From: a virus
Taxonomy: Duplodnaviria; Heunggongvirae; Uroviricota; Caudoviricetes
Length of the DNA: 64,000 nt
IMG/VR virus record: IMGVR_UViG_3300022661_000054
Strand: one strand, 5' to 3'
How positions within the stretch are numbered: the stretch's first letter is position 1; every line of letters begins with the position of its first letter. The position numbers were made by a program, and so were the translations under genes. Shown here piece by piece: positions 58,664-64,000 of this stretch. The notes below the pieces were generated by a model, which saw only the letters and a list, made by a program, of their open reading frames with translations, was not told the origin of the DNA and did not search any database.

Positions 58664-59629
58664 TTACATATCTCCTTTACTAAAAAACTTTTGCGGTAAT
58701 CCAACGCGGTTGAATAACTCCTGACATAGATCATCGAGTATAGTATCATCATATGCTTCAATGATTTCCGGCTCGAACTCGAAGGTTTCTCCGGTAGGAT
58801 TATAGTTAGTAATGATTACTTCTTTACCTTTACGATCAGAACCATTTCGGTTGATACTTCTGCGGACATCTACTACTTCAATCTTACAGTCTTTATAGAG
58901 TTCTCTGATCAGCGGCGTATCATGGTTGGTGAGCATGCAGTAACATCCTCTGTTAGTCAACTCTTTGAAAAGCTTTGCGAGCCGCACATGATCCTCGTAG
59001 CTGAATCCTTCTTTAGTGTAGTCAGTAAAAGATGTAGGTGTAAGCGGTGCGTAAGGGGAATCGAAGAATACGAAGTCATTCATGCCAGCACCTTTAACCG
59101 CTTCTTCGAAATCCTTGTTAAGCACTAAAGTATGACTTAATACTTCTGCTGTATTGCGAAGATGATCTTCATCGAAGGATCTACCAGAGAGTTTCCCGTT
59201 AAAAGGAACATTGAATTCACCTTTGCTATTAACTCTGTACAGTCCATTGAAGCAGTGTTTATTGATGTAGATGAATCTAGCGGCTTGCTCTGCAGTGTTT
59301 GATCCTAGCATCTTATTAAATTCTTCTCTAACTATGTAGTAGAAATCCTTCGGTTCTTTGTACTCCTCATGACATGAATCAAGGTTCTTTAATTCATCTA
59401 TTACTCTACTAACATTATACTTAATCTGAAGATACATGTTCGTAAGCTCCGGATTAATATCGTTAACTATCGCATTAGTCGGCATAATATCTAGTAGAAC
59501 CGCAAGACCGCCTGCGAAAGGTTCGTAGTACTTCTGATATGGATACTTATTAAAGTTAACAGGAAGTCGTTCTTTAATCTTATCTAACAGTTGATGCTTG
59601 CCCCCAACCCATTTAACAATTGGTTTCAT
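58664..59629 (-). CDS. DNA N6-adenine methyltransferase, Dam/D12 class
   Basis: Motif I reads IVKWVGGKHQLL...YYEPFAGGLAV. Motif IV (DPPY-like) is FFDSPYAP. Confidence 0.85.
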   Translation of the reverse strand: MKPIVKWVGGKHQLLDKIKERLPVNFNKYPYQKYYEPFAGGLAVLLDIMPTNAIVNDINPELTNMYLQIKYNVSRVIDELKNLDSCHEEYKEPKDFYYIVREEFNKMLGSNTAEQAARFIYINKHCFNGLYRVNSKGEFNVPFNGKLSGRSFDEDHLRNTAEVLSHTLVLNKDFEEAVKGAGMNDFVFFDSPYAPLTPTSFTDYTKEGFSYEDHVRLAKLFKELTNRGCYCMLTNHDTPLIRELYKDCKIEVVDVRRSINRNGSDRKGKEVIITNYNPTGETFEFEPEIIEAYDDTILDDLCQELFNRVGLPQKFFSKGDM

Positions 59630-59643
59630 TATGTATAGTCTCC

Positions 59644-60033
59644 TTAAACAAGCATCGTAAGTTGTTCAAGTTCTTCTGCGGTAAGAAGAGGTGCAAGCTT
59701 GTAACGACCTTTATAATAAGGTTTTGCTTCTTCATCTCCAAAGAAATCTAACTGATTGAGTAACCAGCCAGCATGAGCATAGGCAGATGTCTTACCTCTC
59801 TTCGCGCCAGTAAGAGTAGCTCTAACTTTTTCAGTTAGTTCATTCAACATCTTATTAACTCCGGATACACCGTAAGCAGGAGTACCTTTGAGAATATTAA
59901 CTATAGTAACATAATATCTAGCAAGTTCAGCACCGCTCTTATCTCTACGAGCTTTGTATCCTTCCAGAATCTCTCTGTTCCGAGGTTTGCTAAACTGACA
60001 GATGTAAGTGTTTTCTACCTGATTAAATTTCAT
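59644..60033 (-). CDS. Hypothetical protein (129 aa)
   Basis: ORF. Confidence 0.65.
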   Translation of the reverse strand: MKFNQVENTYICQFSKPRNREILEGYKARRDKSGAELARYYVTIVNILKGTPAYGVSGVNKMLNELTEKVRATLTGAKRGKTSAYAHAGWLLNQLDFFGDEEAKPYYKGRYKLAPLLTAEELEQLTMLV

Positions 60034-60145
60034 AATATATTCTCCTTCGTAAATTAATCTGATATATTATACGATCTTCTAATTCTAAATCTAGTAATAT
60101 AAAATAAAAAAAATGTCGATCACCATAGGGTAACCGACATTAAGT

Positions 60146-60349
60146 CTACTCTTTAAAGAGTCTTACTATCTTAAAACATGAGATAATAAAATTAACGATC
60201 CACAGAACCGTGAGCAGAATACAGTACTCTTTAGTAGAGAATATATTCCAAAGTAGCTTAGTAGCACACCAGAAGATGAAACACTCTGCTGCTGCTACGT
60301 AGAAAGACCTAACAGCTGCTAGAAGCATAGTAGCGAATACAATGAACAT
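60146..60349 (-). CDS. Small membrane protein (67 aa)
   Basis: Two TM helices. Confidence 0.5.
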   Translation of the reverse strand: MFIVFATMLLAAVRSFYVAAAECFIFWCATKLLWNIFSTKEYCILLTVLWIVNFIISCFKIVRLFKE

Positions 60350-60360
60350 ATCTGTACCAT

Positions 60361-60798
60361 CTACTTACCTTGTAGAGCGAGCTTCTTAACTTCTTTAAAA
60401 GAACAAGCAGCAGGATCAGCTGCTACCTTACAGCTTTCGCAGTCAGTCTTTACACAGTGTTCTTCTAAGCAGCAATAGCACCAGCCAGGAAAGTCTTCTA
60501 AGAAATCTGAGCTTGCTACGTAGTGATGGTTATTTGTAGGATACAGTAGTTCAGTGCCGCACTGTTTACAGGTCTTATACTCTTCTAAGTTGGCTAAGAT
60601 CTCTTGTTCTTTATTAGATGCTCCAGTATCCTCGATCAAACTTTCGATAGTCTTTACGCAGAAATCTTTGAAAGCTATAGTTGCAGCATTCCATGTTGCT
60701 GCGTTATCTGTAGTAGGTTTCTTCTTGAATACAAGGTAAGCTGCATCGAGTTCTTTCTTAAGCTGTCTAGCAGTATTGATTATAGTTGTATCAATCAT
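60361..60798 (-). CDS. Cys-rich hypothetical protein (145 aa)
   Basis: CKQCGTE...CYCCLEEHC...CESC. Confidence 0.65.
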   Translation of the reverse strand: MIDTTIINTARQLKKELDAAYLVFKKKPTTDNAATWNAATIAFKDFCVKTIESLIEDTGASNKEQEILANLEEYKTCKQCGTELLYPTNNHHYVASSDFLEDFPGWCYCCLEEHCVKTDCESCKVAADPAACSFKEVKKLALQGK

Positions 60799-60894
60799 GT
60801 GTATCCTCCTAAATATAGTTCTCTATTATTATACAATAAAAAAATTAACTGTGTAGTTAAAGTCCACACAGTTAATTTAGCAAACACTTATTAA

Positions 60895-61296
60895 TCAATA
60901 CTCACGTCTGATGCCACCGCCGAAAGACTTAACAAAGATATCTCCGAATTCTGAGAATGCTTCATTATTCTTATTCCAAACATAAGCGAAGACATAGTAA
61001 CAATTATTATCAGCATCCATGATAAGGTCGTCCATCTCATAATCTTTAGTAGCACAAAGCATAGACCACATCTCATCACCATCAATAAATTCATGAGTAA
61101 GAGCATAGACTACACAATCATATTCTGCTTCGACCTCTTTTACTTTCTTCCAAACATCAGGTTCTTGATCAACGTAGAACCCACCAAAGTTTTCAAAGAA
61201 ACAAGGAATGCCGGCTTTCGATTTAAACTTTCTTACGTAAGGTTTATAGATGTCGAGTTTCTCCAAACATTGAATGGCTACCTCTTTCTGTGTCAT
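60895..61296 (-). CDS. Hypothetical protein (133 aa)
   Basis: ORF. Confidence 0.65.
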   Translation of the reverse strand: MTQKEVAIQCLEKLDIYKPYVRKFKSKAGIPCFFENFGGFYVDQEPDVWKKVKEVEAEYDCVVYALTHEFIDGDEMWSMLCATKDYEMDDLIMDADNNCYYVFAYVWNKNNEAFSEFGDIFVKSFGGGIRREY

Positions 61297-61446
61297 GTTA
61301 TATTCCTCCGTAATTTTTATTATGTATATATTATACCGTATTTATTATAGAATGTAAATATGCAGAACGCACAAAGTTTAAAATTTATTCTATAGCTTTT
61401 ATATAGAAAAAGAACCGCACCAGTAATCGATACGGTTCTGGGTTAT

Positions 61447-61665
61447 TTAGAATCCTTCTACTTCGGTATCAACCTTCAGCATCTCAACCAAGGTTCCAGA
61501 GTACTCAGGAGTATCTGATACTTTGACTACTTTGAATCTAGTAGGATAGGGTCTAAGACCGTCATGATCAGTGATCCTGAAACACTGTCCTTCTTTCAAA
61601 GGAATCTTAGACTTAAACTCAAGTGTGTTCGACCAATGGCTTGATTCTACTTTGTAATAAAACAT
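61447..61665 (-). CDS. Hypothetical protein (72 aa)
   Basis: ORF. Confidence 0.6.
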   Translation of the reverse strand: MFYYKVESSHWSNTLEFKSKIPLKEGQCFRITDHDGLRPYPTRFKVVKVSDTPEYSGTLVEMLKVDTEVEGF

Positions 61666-61690
61666 ACGTTCTTTCTCCTTTATAAACCTA

Positions 61691-61882
61691 TTATAAGATT
61701 ACGCCAAGTTCTCTAAACTCAGTGATCAGTCCGAAGCGAACTGCGATGTCTTTAAAGAACTTAGAGGTACCGCGGATTTCCTCAGGCGAAAGCTTTACAG
61801 TCTTAGCCCATCTTGCCCAACGTTCCGCTAGCTCTCTGTAAACCTTTTGATTCTTATTGTAATAACAAGTATATTTACTCAT
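61691..61882 (-). CDS. Hypothetical protein (63 aa)
   Basis: ORF. Confidence 0.55.
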   Translation of the reverse strand: MSKYTCYYNKNQKVYRELAERWARWAKTVKLSPEEIRGTSKFFKDIAVRFGLITEFRELGVIL

Positions 61883-61952
61883 ATACGTCTCTTCTCCTTA
61901 GTTTAATCTTATTATATTATACGATATGAAAAGTGTTTATATAAAGAAAAAA

Positions 61953-61975
61953 GACCGTTTTAGACGGTCTTAAAA
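61953..61975 (-). terminator. Intrinsic terminator
   Basis: aagaccg-tttta-cggtctt hairpin followed by TTTTTTCTTT on the minus strand, with an A-run on the other side. Confidence 0.6.
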
Positions 61976-62245
61976 AGAAATAAAAAAAGGAGGTGAAATA
62001 TTTATTTACTTTTCTGATTAAAAAGATCATCAGAGCGTAGCGGTGTATACTTTACAAAATTTATCATTCAAAAGAAGGAGGAAAAGAAATTGGAGGAAAA
62101 AATATATAATCACACATTCCGCCCACCCGCTAAGCCAGTCGGCGGTTTTAAATATAAAACACATTCAAACACACCGCTACGCTCTGTTTTATTATACGAT
62201 ATAAAGTTTTAAGATTTAGTAACTTTTTCTAAAAACTTTTAAACT

Positions 62246-62434
62246 TTAACCAAGCAGCTTCTGACAGCTCTTAATAGTAGAGTACTGACCTGAATACTGC
62301 TCCATAAAAGTCTGCATTGCCATCTGGTGACTATCTGCTTCTACCAGAGCAACTCCAGTATTATTCATACCCCATTGAGAAGAAGGCAAGAAGTAAACAA
62401 CTTTCCAGGTTTCCAAAGGTCCATAATATCCCAT
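62246..62434 (-). CDS. Hypothetical protein (62 aa)
   Basis: ORF. Confidence 0.55.
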   Translation of the reverse strand: MGYYGPLETWKVVYFLPSSQWGMNNTGVALVEADSHQMAMQTFMEQYSGQYSTIKSCQKLLG

Positions 62435-62457
62435 AATAATTCTCCTTTTGATTTTAA

Positions 62458-62721
62458 TTATTTTTCAATATACTTACGTTTAAAATTCTTTCTAATATAA
62501 TATACGATAAAAGCCGAGATAAAAATGACAAATGAAATAAATTCATAAATAAAAAATTGTCGGATAGTAATCCTATCTAACTCAAGTGCTCCTAGTACAT
62601 TAACCATACCGAATGCACCGAAGACGCCAAGAAAGTAACCTAGAATCTTAAGAAATTCACTAATAGCATTTTTAAGTTTCATTGGACACCTCAATTCTGA
62701 AGCCACTTGATATAAAGCCAC
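62458..62721 (-). CDS. Small membrane protein (87 aa)
   Basis: Two TM helices. Confidence 0.55.
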   Translation of the reverse strand: MALYQVASELRCPMKLKNAISEFLKILGYFLGVFGAFGMVNVLGALELDRITIRQFFIYEFISFVIFISAFIVYYIRKNFKRKYIEK

Positions 62722-62927
62722 TCACTAGCAAAAGCAAGAGCAAGTAAGATCCACAGACCCCAATTAACCAGAGGAAGTCCTAGGGCATACCAGATAAAGA
62801 CATAAGAAATCCAAAAGCCCATAGACATCATCCAAGTCAACAACCAAAACTTAATAGCATTTACGATTCTATCTTTACGTTTACTAAAGAAATCTTTAAT
62901 TTTATTAAACCAACTTTTCATACTCAA
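62691..62927 (-). CDS. Small membrane protein (78 aa)
   Basis: Trp-rich TM helices. Confidence 0.55.
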   Translation of the reverse strand: MSMKSWFNKIKDFFSKRKDRIVNAIKFWLLTWMMSMGFWISYVFIWYALGLPLVNWGLWILLALAFASEWLYIKWLQN

Positions 62928-63337
62928 ATCTCCTCATCTTCGCCGTACTCTCTCATAATCCGTTCCCACTCTCCCAAGAAGAACTCAGCAGTAGCTTTAG
63001 GATCATCGTTATACTCAAGAGCAATGCAAGTATCGTCTACATCACCTTCTTTGTTGATCGGCATGTCCATTAATTCGAAGTCAGTATAAGCATACGGACC
63101 TTCGTTGACTGCGATCTTAATACACATCGCATACTTAGGATTAGACTTGCTAATACAGAGAAGGTCAGAGTAATCCTCAGAGAATCCTTCCATCCATCCG
63201 CCGATGATACTAAAAGGTTTGTTCTCAGTATCCTTAAACCAGGCGATAGAAAAACAGTTATCGTCTTTCGCAGCTTCGATAATCTCTTCAACCCACTCTG
63301 TCAGGTTGTTGAGCATAGTAGTATTCTTAGTATTCAT
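62924..63337 (-). CDS. Hypothetical acidic protein (137 aa)
   Basis: ORF. Confidence 0.65.
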   Translation of the reverse strand: MNTKNTTMLNNLTEWVEEIIEAAKDDNCFSIAWFKDTENKPFSIIGGWMEGFSEDYSDLLCISKSNPKYAMCIKIAVNEGPYAYTDFELMDMPINKEGDVDDTCIALEYNDDPKATAEFFLGEWERIMREYGEDEEI

Positions 63338-63358
63338 TTGTATATGTACCTTCTTTCG

Positions 63359-63577
63359 TTAATCTCTAAATCCGTATTTCTTATTTAGCTCGTCATAGTT
63401 AGTAATCCAGTTTACCAGGATTGCTTGAGCCAACTTCTCAGAGAGCTCAGGACAGAACTCTTTCAGATAAGGAGCTGCTCCAAACATATTGCAAACACCA
63501 GTTCGTCTGATACCTTCTAAAACTTTATAATACTCTTCCCACTCTTCACGAATAGGATACTTTTCTTGATCAAACAT
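63359..63577 (-). CDS. Hypothetical protein (72 aa)
   Basis: ORF. Confidence 0.6.
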   Translation of the reverse strand: MFDQEKYPIREEWEEYYKVLEGIRRTGVCNMFGAAPYLKEFCPELSEKLAQAILVNWITNYDELNKKYGFRD

Positions 63578-63785
63578 CGAACTCCTCCTCTACAACTTTA
63601 TCTCTCATTCTGAGAAGCAGAGCTTTGTATTCTTCAAGGTCTGCCATATTGTCAATGTGCATCTGAGACTCTTCTTGAGTATCACTTCCATGCATCCACA
63701 GGGTTTCGTTAGAAATCATTCCAACTACTTGCTTCATCTCTTCGTCGATCATAGCAAGTAATCTAATCTTCATAATCTCACTCAT
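63570..63785 (-). CDS. Hypothetical protein (71 aa)
   Basis: ORF with an aGGAGGact RBS. Confidence 0.6.
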   Translation of the reverse strand: MSEIMKIRLLAMIDEEMKQVVGMISNETLWMHGSDTQEESQMHIDNMADLEEYKALLLRMRDKVVEEEFDV

Positions 63786-63788
63786 AGC

Positions 63789-63953
63789 TTAGTCCTCCAA
63801 ATCATTAACATTGATACCAAACATCTTCTTAACCATAAAGTCAGTTAACTTAATACCAACTTTAGTATTCTCGGCAAACCAACCGCAGACGCTTAATAAA
63901 AACATAAAAGCGAATACCAAGAAAAGATAGATTAAAGCGGTTCCGATTTCCAT
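63789..63953 (-). CDS. Unlisted small membrane protein (54 aa), MEIGTALIYLFLVFAFMFLLSVCGWF...
   Basis: ATG with a tttGGAGGaa RBS. Intact frame. Confidence 0.45.
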   Translation of the reverse strand: MEIGTALIYLFLVFAFMFLLSVCGWFAENTKVGIKLTDFMVKKMFGINVNDLED

Positions 63954-64000
63954 AATAAAGTTCCTCCAAAAATAAAATGTGTTATAATATGTAGTCGTTA

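Noticed and set aside
62031-62186. tRNA or tmRNA in the GC-rich structured region
   Set aside because: No cloverleaf could be drawn, and there are no T-loop (GTTCRANYC) or D-loop signatures.

Overview
The window reads as one contiguous piece of a large, AT-rich tailed-phage genome, most likely infecting a Gram-positive Firmicute. I infer the host group from an SLH-domain endolysin, GGAGG ribosome-binding sites and low GC by eye. I found no integrase or other temperate-phage marker. Every credible gene lies on the minus strand, with roughly 90 CDSs, tight or overlapping junctions (TAATG/ATGA coupling) and GGAGG-type RBSs. The plus-strand ORFs in the track are antisense shadows. Reading in the direction of transcription (high to low coordinates), the window holds three regions. 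(1) About 64.0-30.6 kb is an early/middle region dense in small Cys-rich zinc-ribbon proteins. It also carries a Dam-type N6-adenine methyltransferase, ribosomal protein bL9, a T4 Rnl1-like RNA ligase, a second small KxDG ligase-like protein next to a Pol-beta-type nucleotidyltransferase and an HNH endonuclease, and a host-like island (dNMP-kinase-like, SPFH/band-7, UPF0316 membrane protein, DUF488-like, FolD). (2) About 29.4-1.1 kb is a very large virion fibre/appendage module. It includes a 2584-aa giant multidomain fibre (coiled-coil stalk, LamG/ConA-like lectin, CotH-like domain, two leucine-rich-repeat regions), a 1352-aa internally repetitive fibre with a His-rich decapeptide array, two long coiled-coil fibres, a GT2 glycosyltransferase and a second CotH-like protein. 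(3) An M23-peptidase/3xSLH endolysin sits at 66-1046. The strongest pattern is a shared ~55-aa N-terminal anchor motif (W...N..L..GEL....KIGDG.T.w..LP) that heads at least six different fibre proteins plus one 85-aa anchor-only mini-protein. This suggests a modular multi-fibre attachment system. I found no rRNA, tRNA or CRISPR arrays, and the only apparent fragment is the 85-aa anchor-only ORF at 8287..8544. Several intrinsic terminators, two structured non-coding regions, and seven well-supported sub-60-aa genes missing from the ORF track are also reported.
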